NCBI GenBank assembly: GCA_949358305.1
Contig: OX442314.1
Coordinates: 26,660,001 to 26,724,000 of the forward strand
DNA from: Strigamia acuminata
Taxonomy: Eukaryota
DNA length: 64,000 nucleotides
Direction: 5' to 3'
The notes beneath the pieces are model-generated. The model saw only the letters and a program-made list of their open reading frames with translations. It did no database searches and was not told the origin of the DNA. A program made the translations under genes and the position numbers. Positions 22,520-36,100 of this stretch are shown here, piece after piece; within the stretch, counting starts at the first letter, position 1; each line of letters begins with the position of its first letter.

Positions 22520-25500
22520 ATGGGGGAAGATGTCCGTGTCGCTTTACGGTAAGTTAAACATCAACAACAAAAATTGTTTTTATATTTTAATACACACAAA
22601 ATAAAAATAAAAAACACAAATAGAAATACCCTGTTTAAAAAAAAAAAAATTTCAAGCATGAAAAACAATTGTGCAATTGCAATATGCGTTAATTCCACAA
22701 CTTTATCTTTGTGTATTATCAATGGATTTCTACAGTTTTTATTTTTAAATTTACACGAAATTTTGGTGTAAATTTAATTATTTTCACATCAAAATCAAGT
22801 TTTAATCGCCCATAAATCACTCAAAATTGATTTTAATCCGTTTTGACATCTAATTTCTATTTTTAAAATTTTTAAAAATCTTTTCTTCCATAAATTTCAA
22901 TAATTTCTGTGTATTAAATTTCTAAAATATTTTAATTAGGCCTAAAATAGGCTTAAATTAAAAATGCGTTTTGATGCCTATTTTGCACCACAAAGTTATG
23001 CAATTCTTTATTTAATCAAAAAACAGGTTTAAATGTGTTAATTATTGCTCAATTTGACCCTTTTTCCATTTGATGCATTCATTTTTGATGTTATTCCATC
23101 ATTTTTTGATTTGTAACCTAATTTAATTCCTTTATATAGTAAAATAGAGAATCTAGGGTAAAAAACGATCTTGATTTGATGTGTGATTACAGTTGAGGGT
23201 TTTTTTTTATTTTTATTTTTATCAGTCATGACTTGTGCATTAATCAGATCAAGTGTGGCACTTGGAGATCTTCGAAAGAGTTTAAAAACTGGAATTATAT
23301 ATTTATTTATTTATGTTTATTCTGTGGAGAAATGATTTTTTAACTAACTGACCCTGTGCACAAGGAAATCATTCAAAAATCCTTGACATTTAACCAGAAA
23401 AAAAGAAAAAAATTAAAATTAATTAAATTCATGACCATTGAGAATTGAAATTTTGGATTACAATTTATTTTTTTATTTTTTTATTTTTTTGTTTTTAGAA
23501 GGTTATGTAAGTTTTTTTAGGCTTGGTTTATAACCAATCTCAAGGTAATTTTATTTAATTTACAAAAAAAAAATTATTTTTAAAAAAATTTCTAAATTTC
23601 TTGATATATTTAGAAAAATAATGTTCAATAGAAATCAATTAGTGACACATGATATGTGATGCAACTAATAATAACAACAGAAACAAAAGATTTGTGTGTG
23701 TGTGATTTGAGGCAGTGATTTTTTTTTTTATTTAAAAAAAGGAAGTTGCAATTAGTTACACCACCCATGCAGGATATATGGGTGTTTGAAAATAATAATT
23801 TTTTATTTTTTAAATTGACACCGATGAAATATTCAGGTATATAGACGGATAATCGTCTGGCCTTTCAAGTGTGGAGGTGGATCAGTGTCTGGTTTTACAA
23901 TTTCATCCCAACTTGGTGTGAAAACTATAAAATTAAACAAAAAAATTCATAAAATTGTTCTCTAAAACAATAAATACATCATAAAACAAAAAAAAAAAAT
24001 ATTGCCCCCCCTGCCCCCCCACTCACACCTCATAAAACTTCAATTAACAAATTAATTTCCGTCTTTTTTGTCAAAAGGAATTTGTAACTTATTTCTATTA
24101 TGTGATGTCTGTTCCTCTTTGACCTTAAAAGGGCCCACCTGTAGGAATTGCAATAAAGAAATTTAAAAAAAAGTTGTTTTTCTTTATATGGAATTGGCCC
24201 ACTTAGCATTCATGTAACATGTTTTAGCACCCAAATTAACAACACTAAATAATAATTTTCTGTTTGGTTTTTCTATATTTGAAGCATTTTTTTTTTGTTT
24301 TTTGGTGTCATTAGGCTGGAGTAGGTTAATGAGTGGAAAAAAATGGGGAGAAAAATGGAGTTTTATTTTGTTGGTGTTGGAAGTAATAAATTATTTTTGG
24401 GAATGATAAATATTGTGATTGAGGATAACAGTTTTCGATTGCACTATATTTGTATAAATAAGGCAAAATGTGATGCGAGTTGTTTATTGATGTCATTTTC
24501 GAGTTTATGTAACAAGTGTCATTTGTGTGGGCACCTACGTGGAAATTCTTTGCATTTGACTCAAGGATTTCTGGTTCATTCTATTCATTTGAGTTGGAAG
24601 TGGTCAATAAAGATGGTAAAATGATAAATTAGGGTTTGTTAGATTGCTAGTTTTATTGTTTCATTGGATCAAGAATGTTTAAAAACGCATACATAATTTT
24701 TAACGGTTTAACGAAGTGTAATATTTTAAGCCTAATGTTGAAGTTGCTAGACGAATCGAGAATGTGCGAGACAAAATCCAGATCAACGCGAGAGTAAATC
24801 GAGGTTAAAACGAGATTAAAGCGAGAATTTACGAGATTAAAGCGAGAATTTGCGAGATTAAAGCGAGAATTTGCGAGATTAAAGCGAGAATTTGCGAGAT
24901 TAAAGCGAGAATTTACGAAATCAAAGCGAATATTTACGAATAAAAGCGAGAATTTATGAATCTAAGAGAGAATTAATGAAACGAACGTAGAGCATCAAGA
25001 AAAATCATAAAATTATTATTGTGCGACTCTTAATCGAGTACAATCTGGTAAATTAGTTTGATGACTAAATTTGGATACATTTTGTTTCGTTGTCCACCCA
25101 CTAAGAATATCACCTGGGGGAGAGATTTATGTTAATGCAAGTTGGGTTGGTACTTGGTACATGAGGGTGGGACCTTGTTTATTAGAATTATTAAAATTCT
25201 GATTGTTTTATGGGTAAATTATCTAACACCTGGCAAACAAAGCGAAGGGAAGTTCTGGAATTGGCACGGAATTGATGATGTTTAAAATGTATACCTATTT
25301 TGATTGTTACTAACTTTATCAGTCATTATTAGGTCATTACATTATTAACAATTATCTATGAGTAATTGACCTTGTGCTTTTAGTAAATAAGGTCGTAAGA
25401 TGTAGGTAGTAATTACAGTGGTATATCTTGCTGTTGGGTAACTCAATATATTGCAACATTAACCTGCAGCTTTTACGGAAAGTCAGCTGACAAACTTTGA

Positions 25501-27149
25501 CCATTTCCATTTGAACATTTCTTTATAAAAATAATCAAAATTATATCAACTTAAATGGTAATAGCAATCACAAAACAAAATAAAAATAAAAACTACTTCT
25601 CCTATTCGTAGTAATATAGACTGGAGTTAGGAGTAATGCGGTTCGGCCAATGGGAGAAGGCCACCCTTTTGAGTCGAACAAGAGTATAATTACTTTATGA
25701 ATGTGGTGTAGTTACACCAGGGGGTACGACAATCAGAATCTGCGTTTCAGATTCGAATCTTTCATAGGATTCGGATGATTTAGATGATTATTTTAATAAA
25801 AAAGTGGAAAATATTTTAAATTTTGTCCAATTTTCGACAAAAAATTCAAAATTTTTATATAATGTAAAGATTCGGGATTCGGGGATTCGGAACGGGATTC
25901 GATAGCCCATGTCAGAGATTTGGTCGAATGTCATATCCACTGATTAACACCATGAGTGCAAAAGAAACATCGATAACTGTTTTTGCAGCAGGAATATTCA
26001 TTAAGATAATATCCCGAGTCTGATTTGTCGAGCCAGCCGATGGACCTTTGGAAAAATGAAGTCAGGCGATACAATCATGTGATCATAACCATGGTTGCCC
26101 ACCCTCCCCCCTCTATGAGAAAACACATTGCAAAATAACATTGTTAATTTATAGTTTTCTTATTGTGGGTGGAGCCAAACTGCATTACACTATAGCTTCC
26201 CAATGGTCTGTTGGCTACTTCGGTGCTTCCCTTAAGTCGAGAACCAACAAGTGATATCTGTATTCAATGAAGCAAGTGGTGTGGATTTAATGATCTGCTG
26301 AAATGCTGTATAATGTGGTTTCAATTCAGTATGCAAAACCAAACCAGTAATGTCCAATAGATCATGGCAAACCTGTTTATTTTATTTTTTTATTTAGTAT
26401 TTACAGTAAGACAGGTAGACAAGTTATAAATCATGGATTACAAGCTTTACCTCAAAATATTAAGTATTAGAGCAGTTAATCCTATTCAGTTGGCATAACA
26501 GCTGAGATAATTCTACCCATGTTGCTGTGCACTGCTCAATTCCTGACAAATTGTGCGATCAGCTCAGCAGGAAAGCCAATTTTCCTGTGTTTATACTGAA
26601 TATGAAAGTTAGCAAATAAGGAAATGGATTCTCAAGGTCATTCTTTATTCCTTCTACTTTTATAGTGTTTGGGGAAGTCATTAAAAGTGATCAAAAGAGA
26701 CAGAAGTTGTTTTAATTTGCATATGGAAGTCCTGTGGACAGATGTTGCTGTCAAGATAGTCTTCTGACCACAATAGAGCCCCAATTTTGAATGTTTTTGG
26801 GGCCCCAGTTATACAGGGTTCCAAGAATATTAAAATTGAATTTATAGTTTAAGTTTTGGAGTGGATTTGAATAAATTTTGACTGAATTTGTTGTGATTTT
26901 TTTGTTTATTTTTAGAATCCGTCCACAATTTCCACGCGAAATCATTGATAAATATCGAGTGTGCACATCGGTTGCTGCTGGAGAGCCACAAGTGTGGCTT
27001 GGCAACGATAAAGCCTTCACGTTCGACTATGTTTTCGACCAGAATTCAACGCAGGATGAAGTATTTGAAAACTGTGTCAAGAGTTTGATCGATGGGTGCT
27101 TTGATGGGCTTAACGCGACAGTTCTTGCCTATGGGCAAGTAAGAATTTT

Positions 27150-27190
<41 letters not shown>

Positions 27191-30100
27191 TTTTTTAGAA
27201 AATTATTTTCAAACTCATTCAACCACGACCCAATAGAAAGACACAATAGATGCATTCAGAGTTTGTTTTTATGTGCTTTTTGGTGTTTCTATAAACGGCA
27301 AAACGTGCTTAACTACGAATGTGCGAGATTATTTCGTTTTTGTCTGTTTATAGTTTATAGGTTTTACGAGTAAATGCCGATTAATCCTTTCACTGCCCTA
27401 ACTCTAAAAACCAACAGTGAAAGGGTTAAAATTCCTTTATTTTTATCCGACAAATCTGTGACTGTTTGGTGGATAGCGGTCATTGCTCCACCTGCTTTAC
27501 AGCTCCATCCCAGAAGTTGTCTCTGGATTCATGGGAAGAGGGGAAGGCAGTTTAAAAACAACGCAACGTAGATGCGGGACAGTTCTTCTGGAAGCAACAG
27601 TGTGGATGGTCGCTAGACGACCATTTCCGCTGCCCTTTGCCAAGGTTGCGAACCACGGCGAAAGCCACAGGTTCGGCTACACTGAGCTCAGTGACCTGAA
27701 CGGTCAAATAGGCTGTGCATAGACGCACCGTTGGATAAATAGCATAACAATACCAAGTGGTCAGCGGTTGAACTGTAGCAATGCAAAATAAAAGCACAAA
27801 CACCTAAAACACTTAAAACATAGCTTTTTGAATGCAACTACCCCGAATATAATAGAATGGTGTTGTGTTCGAATAGAGCATAGTGGTGTTCTAATTAATT
27901 TTTTTCAAAAACTTTTGAAATTGCGAGTGTTTAAAGAAATGCGAATACAATAGAATTCTGTTATTTTTGGGGTAAAGCTTAGTACAGTACTCGTAAGATC
28001 ATCTGCTAACAGAAGTGTAAGCCCACAGACTTTTCTGTGTGTATAGACTTGACAGAAAAGCCTATCAGAATCGTCTGGTAGCAGAACAGTCTGTCACACC
28101 ATACTTTTTGTGGTACTCGCAGCTCTATGCAACAGAAAAGAAATGGTGAATGGCTATGAAAAAGAAACAAGATGGATGCCAATAAAAAAAATTTTAAGGC
28201 TACTTTTGGAGTTAATATGAATAGGATTGCTAGTTTATTTTTAATTGTTAATTTTATTTATAAACTAATGATCTATTTTTATAAATAAAATATACAGTTG
28301 TTTGCATTTGTTGGCAGAGCTGAATGATGCCATATTTGAGACCGGTTAAAAAAAATTACGACTGGTCAAGACCGATCGCTACTTTCTGCGCCACAGAAGT
28401 TTCTATGCCTGGAAACGTAGATCAGCTTTCTGTTGCGTCGAAATGGCAGAAAGTTAATTTTTTATGTGACGGAACACATCTCGCAGACATTCCAAGACTG
28501 GAATAAAATTTGTGAGCACCAGTGTTTTCTGTAGGCAAAATTTCTGTGGGCAGACTGGTTTCCTACGTAGGAAACTGCTTACGAGCACTAAGCTTTAGAC
28601 GGTAGTGTGTGTTGAGTCATTTCTTAAGTGTTATGACACTCCCCAAGTCATATCGTACTTATCTGTCCACACTTGCATGTTTATATAAATACTAAACACG
28701 GAAGCTTTAAATGCATCTACCGGTATTGTCCAATAGCGATAGCAAATGGCCCAAACCAAAATCTTTGTTTATTGGGCCTGGAATTTGAGTAACGGAAGAT
28801 TATTTTTTAAGATTTTGTTTAAAACTTGATGTACCGTGGGTTGAGTTGGATATTTAATTGTTGATTAAAATGTTGCAGACTGGCTCAGGTAAAACATACA
28901 CTATGGGAACAGGATTTGACATGAATCTGCATTACGAAGAACATGGAATCATTCCACGCGCCGTCGACCACTTGTTCCGGGGAATCGTGGAACGGCAGCA
29001 ATGGGCGAGGGATAATGGCGAAAGCCCACCAGAGTTTAAGATTAATTGCCAGTTTATGGAATTATACAATGAAGAAGTGATCGATTTATTCGACACAACT
29101 CGCGACGGATTTGTCAAAGTACGTGCGAAACAAAAGCCGAGCTTCGTTAAAACGAATCGCAAGAGATCTAAAAAAAACATTTCATTATAACGAAGTTTGT
29201 TATATCAAATTTCGTTATAACGAAGTTCGTTATATCAAATTTTGTTATAACGAAGTTCGTTGTATCAAAGTTTGTTTTTACAAAGTTCGTTATATCAAAA
29301 TTCGTTATATCGAAGTTCGTTATATCGAAGTTTGTTATATCGAAGTTCGTTATATCGAAGTTCGTTATATCGAAGTTCGTTATATCAAAAAAATTTAACA
29401 TCATGTTTTATGGCCAACCAACCAATTGAGCCATTTTTGAGTCTTCGTTATAACAAAAAATTCGTTATATCGCGGTTCGTTATAACGAGGTTTGACCGTA
29501 GTTAATCTAAACGACGGCGTTTCTTTCAGGGAAAGAGATCCGGAATCAGAATACACGAAGATTCTCAACGATCAATATACACAGTTGGCTTAACCACCAG
29601 AAGCGTGACGTCCAAAGCAGAAACCATCGAGTGCTTGAAATCCGGAGCTTTGTCGCGGACTACGGCGAGCACCCAGATGAACGTACAGTCGTCCAGATCC
29701 CACGCCGTTTTCACCATCCACATGAAACAACATCGAATAATCAACTGCAATGTAATAAATCTCCACTTTTACAAAATATTTAACAAATGATTTGTTATTA
29801 AAAAAATAGGATCCGGAGAGCGAAGCGAACGATATGAACGACTTCGAGACTTTGTCGGCAAAATTCCACTTTGTCGATTTGGCGGGAAGCGAGCGGCTAA
29901 AACGGACCGGTGCGACCGGAGAAAGAGCCCGCGAAGGGATATCCATAAATTGTGGACTGGTATTTATTATTTTGTCATTTAATTCGTTTAATTAATTAAT
30001 TGAATTCATTCAGCTCGCGCTCGGTAACGTGATATCGGCTTTGGGCGACAAGGCCAAGCACAGCAGCAAGCACGTTCCTTACCGCGATTCCAAACTGACC

Positions 30101-33100
30101 CGACTGCTGCAAGATTCGTTAGGTGGGAATAGGTAAGTTGCAAAATGACCCTCTTTGATTTTGCGAATTATTTTCTGCATGTAAACGCAACAATTCGATT
30201 TTCGAATTATTCGGTGCGTGTAAACGTAGTACTAGTGTTTTAAAGGCGGGAATTTAATTTTTCCAGTCGGACGATCATGATAGCGTGCATTTCGCCTTCC
30301 GATCGGGATTTCATGGAGACGCTAAACACGCTGAAATACGCCAACAGGGCGAGGAACATCAAGAATAAAATTGTTGTCAATCAAGATAAAGCGAGTAAGA
30401 CTATCTCGACACTGCGCATGGAGATACAACAACTCCAACTGGAGTTAATGGAATACAAACAAGTACAAAATCCGAATCAAACAATTAGAATTTGCTTTAA
30501 CTTCCTTATAAACACGCAAAACACCGATTTGCTTCTTTTATTTTTATTTTTATTATAATTTCTCTTTCCTGCAGCATGTGGATCCTCCCTTAACCCTTTC
30601 CAGTTCTGTTTCCGTTTCCGAAACTGCTCTTTGCTTAGCTAACGATGGTGATGGAGAGTTTCTGGTAATTGCACTAACTAGGCTTAAAATTCATTAATTT
30701 TAAAATCCGGCTTGAAATAATTAAGTTTTTATTGTTATTTTTGTTTTGGGGGGGCGGTGGGCCCCCCTTATGGTTTGGGTATATAACTTAGTTGATGTGA
30801 ATTGTTTTTTGTAGGGGAAGCGGCTTATGGTTGATGGCGTGGAGAGCATTAATGATATGTACCACGAAAACACGATGTTGCAGTCGGAGAACAATACGTT
30901 GAGGACTCGGATTAAAGCCATGCAGGAGACGATCGAACAGTTGACGGTGCGGAATACTCAAATGCTGTCTGAAAAGGCTTGTGGGGGTTGGATATCTGCG
31001 GAAGGGTCTGAGCCGTCGGATATGATTCAGATGGTGCAGGGATATTTGAAGGAAATCGAGGAATTTAGGTTTGTTTTTTTATTTTTTAATTTATTGGCTT
31101 AAGTTGATTTTTAATTGTGAATTTTAGGGCTAAGTTGTTGGAGTCTGAAAATACTTGTCAGGTTTTGAGGAGGACGGCTTCACGTTCGCAGTCTAGGATG
31201 CTGAGTCCGCCTGAAATGACCATGAGTAGGAAATAATTTGGGTTTTTTTTTTTTTTTTTTTTTAAATGGTTTGTTTATTTTTAGGTGCGTTTGAGCTGGG
31301 GGTGGAAGTGGATGATGCGATGTCCGTAGATGATATTTTGGGCGAAGCTAAAATGGATGTTATAAAATTAAAGCGGAAAGGGAAGAAAGCGAGATTAAAA
31401 GTCGCTTCCGAGAAGTACGATATCGTATTGTATTGTGTATATTTTTTTTAATTTTTTTAAAATTGTTTTTTAGTGGGAAAGATGAAGTGGCGGAAATTGA
31501 CAAAGACAAATCTGATGATGATACCGAGGTATTACATTACTAAAAGTTGGCTTTTTCATTTTTTTTGTTTAAAAAATCTATTTCTGTGCTATAAAATTGC
31601 ATTTTTGTCCCTAAAAAATGCATTTTTATACTTTCAATTGCATATTTTGTTTAAAAATGCATTTAAGCGCCCAATAAATGCCTTTCAGCACAAAATAAAT
31701 GCATTTTTGCGCAAAATAAATGCATTTTTGCGCAAAATAAATGCATTTTTGCGCAAAATAAATGCATTTTTGCACAAAATAAAGGCATTTAAGCACTCAT
31801 AAATGCAATTAAGCACTCATAAATGCATTTAAGCACTCATAAATGCATTTTTGCGCAAAATAAATGCATGTTTGCGCAAAATAAATGCATGTTTGCACAA
31901 AATAAATGCATTTTTACACAAAATAAATGCATTTTTGCACAAAATAAATGCATTTTGCAAAAATAAATGCACTTTTGGACAAGATAAAGGCGTTCAAGCA
32001 CCTTATAAATGCATTTTTATGCCTTAAAATGCATATTTTGCTTAATAGTAGTATTTAAGCACCTGGAAAAAGCTTTTTTTTATCTATGAACTTAGAATCA
32101 CAAAGAATCACTTTAATTCTAGACCGAAGACGACAACACGCTGGATAACGACGTCAGCAGCGAATCAGATTCCGAGGATAAAGAGAACATCAAAGACGAG
32201 GAAGATTTAGCCGATTTAACGTGCGAAATCTCGATCAAACAGAAATTGATCGAAGAACTAGAAAAGAGTCAGCGGCGTCTGCACCTCATGAAGTCGCAGT
32301 ACGAAGAGAAAGTCGTCCAACTGCAGAACCAAATCAAAGCCACGCAAGAAGAACGCGACAAAGTTTTGTCCAACTTCAGTAAATCAAATTAAAAATTAAA
32401 TTAAAATTAGAAAAAAAAAATTATAATATTTATTTGTATTTTTAATTAGGTACTCAACAACCGACCGATAAAGTGAAGAAGGTGAAGGAAGAGTACGAAA
32501 AGAAACTGAATAACCTGCAGAACGAAATGAAGAAATTGCAAGAAGCGAAGAAACGTCACGCGCAGTTGGTGAAGAGCCAGTCGCAATACGAGCAGCAATT
32601 GAAGACGCTGCGCTCGGATTTGACGGAGATGAAGAGGAGTAAAGTGCGGTTGCTCAACAAGATGAAGGAGGAAGCCAGCAAGCATAAGGACTCGGAGGTT
32701 AAGAGGAATAGGGAGATCGCGCAGTTGAAGAAGGATTCGCGGGTGAAGGCCAATCAGATTCGGTCGTTGGAGGCCGAGAAGAAGTTGAAGGAAGGGATGT
32801 TGAGGCGGAAGAAGGAGGAGGTTTTTGCGTTGAAGAAGTTGGCGAGGCCGATGTCGGATAAAGTTGCGGGGAGGGTCATCCAACCGAAGTTTAATAGGAA
32901 TTTACGTAGGGGTTTTTTTTGGTGGTGAATTAATTTTTTTTTTTTTAATTTTTTTTTTTTTTTTTTTTTGGTTTAGCATTTGTTAAGAAACCGTTTTCGC
33001 CGAAATTGGCCAAGCATAAGTGGCAAACAGTGGAGAAAGAGGTATGGAATGGGTTAAGGGGTAAGAATGTAATTCTGATTTGGATGAATCAATTAATTGG

Positions 33101-36100
33101 GGTTAATTTTAGAATATTTTGTTTAAAATTGGCAAATTTCTGATAATTTTTGATGAAATTTTGAAATCTTTTGAGAAAAATTGGCAAATTTCTGATAATT
33201 TTTGATGAAATTTTGAAATTTTTTGAGAAAAATGTACAAATTTTGATGAAATATTGAAATCTTTTGAGAAAAATGTAGAAATTTTGATAAAATTTGGACA
33301 TTTTTGATAAAATTTGGACATTTTGATAAAATTTGGACATTTTTGATAAAATTTGGACATTTTTGATAAAATTTGGACATTTTTGATAAAATTTGGACAT
33401 TTTTGAGAAAAATCTAAAACTTTTGACGAAATTTTGAAATTTTTTGAGAAAAATTTAAAAATTTTGACGAAATTTTGAATTTTTTTTAGAGAAATCTAAA
33501 AAATTGATCAAATTCGGCAATTTCTTGATAATTTTATCACAAAACTTCGACGGAATTCGAATATTTTTCGCTAATTTTGATGAATTTTAACATACATTTG
33601 ATAAATACAGTACACACAATAAAATTTTCATTACAACCGACAAATTTCTAATAAATATAAACAAAAATCTAGATTTCCAAGGCGATCTTAAATCGACAAA
33701 CAATAGCCAGTTTAGAGAAGGACATGGAACGATGGTTGGAAGAGCGTCACAACTTAAGCCACGATCTGGATCGTTGTGTTCGGAAACGCGACAAGGCGAT
33801 TCTCGAACGAAAAGTACGACAAAACAAAATGGCGCCGCGATCACCAAATTTGATTTCTCCAAACATTATTTGTCTATTTAAAGGACGACACGACAGTGAG
33901 GGATTTCGAGGACCAAATCGAGAACTTAAAAGCAAATATCGATTACATTCAAGAAAACATAACCGAATGCCAGGCAAACATAATGCAGATGGAAGACCCG
34001 AAAACTGTAAACAAATAAATAAATTCCAACACCTAAAACTCCGTATTTATTAAATTAAATTTGATTTCTAGGAAGGCGGAAGCGACGCCTTGGATTCCGC
34101 GGTGGTCTTGTCGGGTCTCGGTTTGGAGGAAACCAAGTATTTGTTGGAGAAATTGTTTTTATTTACCTTAAACCAGGTGAGTTTTGACCCGAAAAGTGAT
34201 TATTTTTGTTCGTTTGGTTGATTTTGTTTGATTTAGGGCGTTTTGGCGAGTCAAAAAGAGGGAAAATTGAAAGAAGCGGAGGCTAAAATGGAACAACTAA
34301 CTCAAAACAACGTTGTTCAGCATCAATTACTTGATTACCTCTATGCTCAACACGGATTGGAGAATTTTGGTTTTTATGCAATAAATGGCAATGGTGGCGA
34401 GGATAGCAGTGCGAGCTCGCGGTCGCAATCTCCTCTGGATGGGACCGCTATGGGTGATTTGCAGCAGATACCTCAAGTGTCTTACAGTTCCGATTCCCTC
34501 GGACGAAGAGGTCTGAGAGATAAGGTGACGTTTTTTAAATTTAAATTTTTTTTTTTTGAATTGGAATTAGGGTTTTTGGTGTTTAAAACTAGAAAATAAT
34601 GAATTTTTAGTGTTTAAAACTAGAAAATAATGAATTTTCAGTGTTTAAAACTAGAAAATAATGAATTTTCAGCGTTTAAAACTAGAAAAAAATGAATTTT
34701 CAGTGTTTAAAACTAGAAAATAATGAATTTTCAGCGTTTAAAACTAGAAAAATGAATTTTCAGTGTTTAAAACTAGAAAAAAATGAATTTTCAGTGTTTA
34801 AAACTAGAAATTTATGAATTTTCATGGTTAAAACGAGAAATTTATGGTTTTTCTATGTTTAAAACGAGAAAATAATGAATTTCTACGTTTAAAAACGAGA
34901 AAATAGGGAATTTCTACGTTTAATCTCGACAAAATAATGAATTTCTACGTTTAAAAACAAGAAAATGACGAAAATCTACGTTTAAAAACGAGAAAATAAT
35001 GAATTTCCACGTTTCAAAACGAGAAAATAATGAATTTCCACGTTTCAAAACGAGAAAATAATGAATTTCCACGTTTCAAAACGAGAAAATAATGAATTTC
35101 CACGTTTAAAAACGAGAAAATAATGAATTTCCACGTTTAAACCCGACAAAATAATGAATTTCTATGTTTAAAAACAAGAAAATGACGAATATCTACGTTT
35201 AAAAACGAGAAAATAATGAATTTCCACGTTTAAAAACGAGAAAATAATGAATTTCCACGTTTAAAAACGAGAAAATAATGAATTTCCACGTTTAAAAACG
35301 AGAAAATAATGAATTTCTACGTTTCAAAACGAGAAAATAATGAATTTCCACGTTTCAAAACGAGAAAATAATGAATTTCCACGTTTAAAAACGAGAAAAT
35401 GACGAATCTCCACGATTAAAACCGACAAAATACCATTTTTATTATTCAAAAACGACGTGTTTAAAACTCAAATAAAAAAAATAAAATCTGTTTATTACCT
35501 CCAGATACGGAGACGAACAGCAACGACCGAAGAATTGTTGTTTTACAAGACTGGATCGGGTGAAGCACCAGCCATGCCTATTACGGGTATCCTCGAAGAG
35601 GACAATTTGCCTCCGACCAACATCATGCAACGCAGTTTAGGAGCGCTGTCCGCTTCCGCCACTTCCAACATTCCTCTACCCAGAGTTCCAAGTGCTCCCG
35701 GCTCCCTAAAGTAAACATTTACCCGAAAATTGACACTTCTCTCTGCATTTGCATGATTGCAGCATGTACATTTCTATTAATCACTTTGAATTAATTTGCA
35801 AATTTAACACGCAAACAACAGAGGCTTAATGAGCAGCCGCGGTGAGGGAAGTTGCCCGTCGTCGCCCCTAATAATGCGGAAATCTCACGACCGATTAAAC
35901 ACTGATCTTTCCTCGCCCCGTCCGCACCGTAAGAGAGACTACCACCTTAATTCTCCCAGTCTAAACAGGCAGGTTTCCATGTAAGACGCCATTGAGGGAC
36001 GTTTTGTCGGTTTGAATTTGAATTTATGAATATTTTTCAGTGAGAGTAATGTTGACGTGTCCCCTCCTTCTTCTCCTACAACTTCCCGAAAGAATAAAGA

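Noticed and set aside
27153..27189. Long poly-T run as a retroposon tail
   Set aside because: No TSD or element body is recognisable, and similar T-runs occur in many introns here.
34575..35430. Regularly spaced ~31-bp repeats resembling a CRISPR array
   Set aside because: Head-to-tail units with no unique spacers, inside a eukaryotic intron, and no cas genes.
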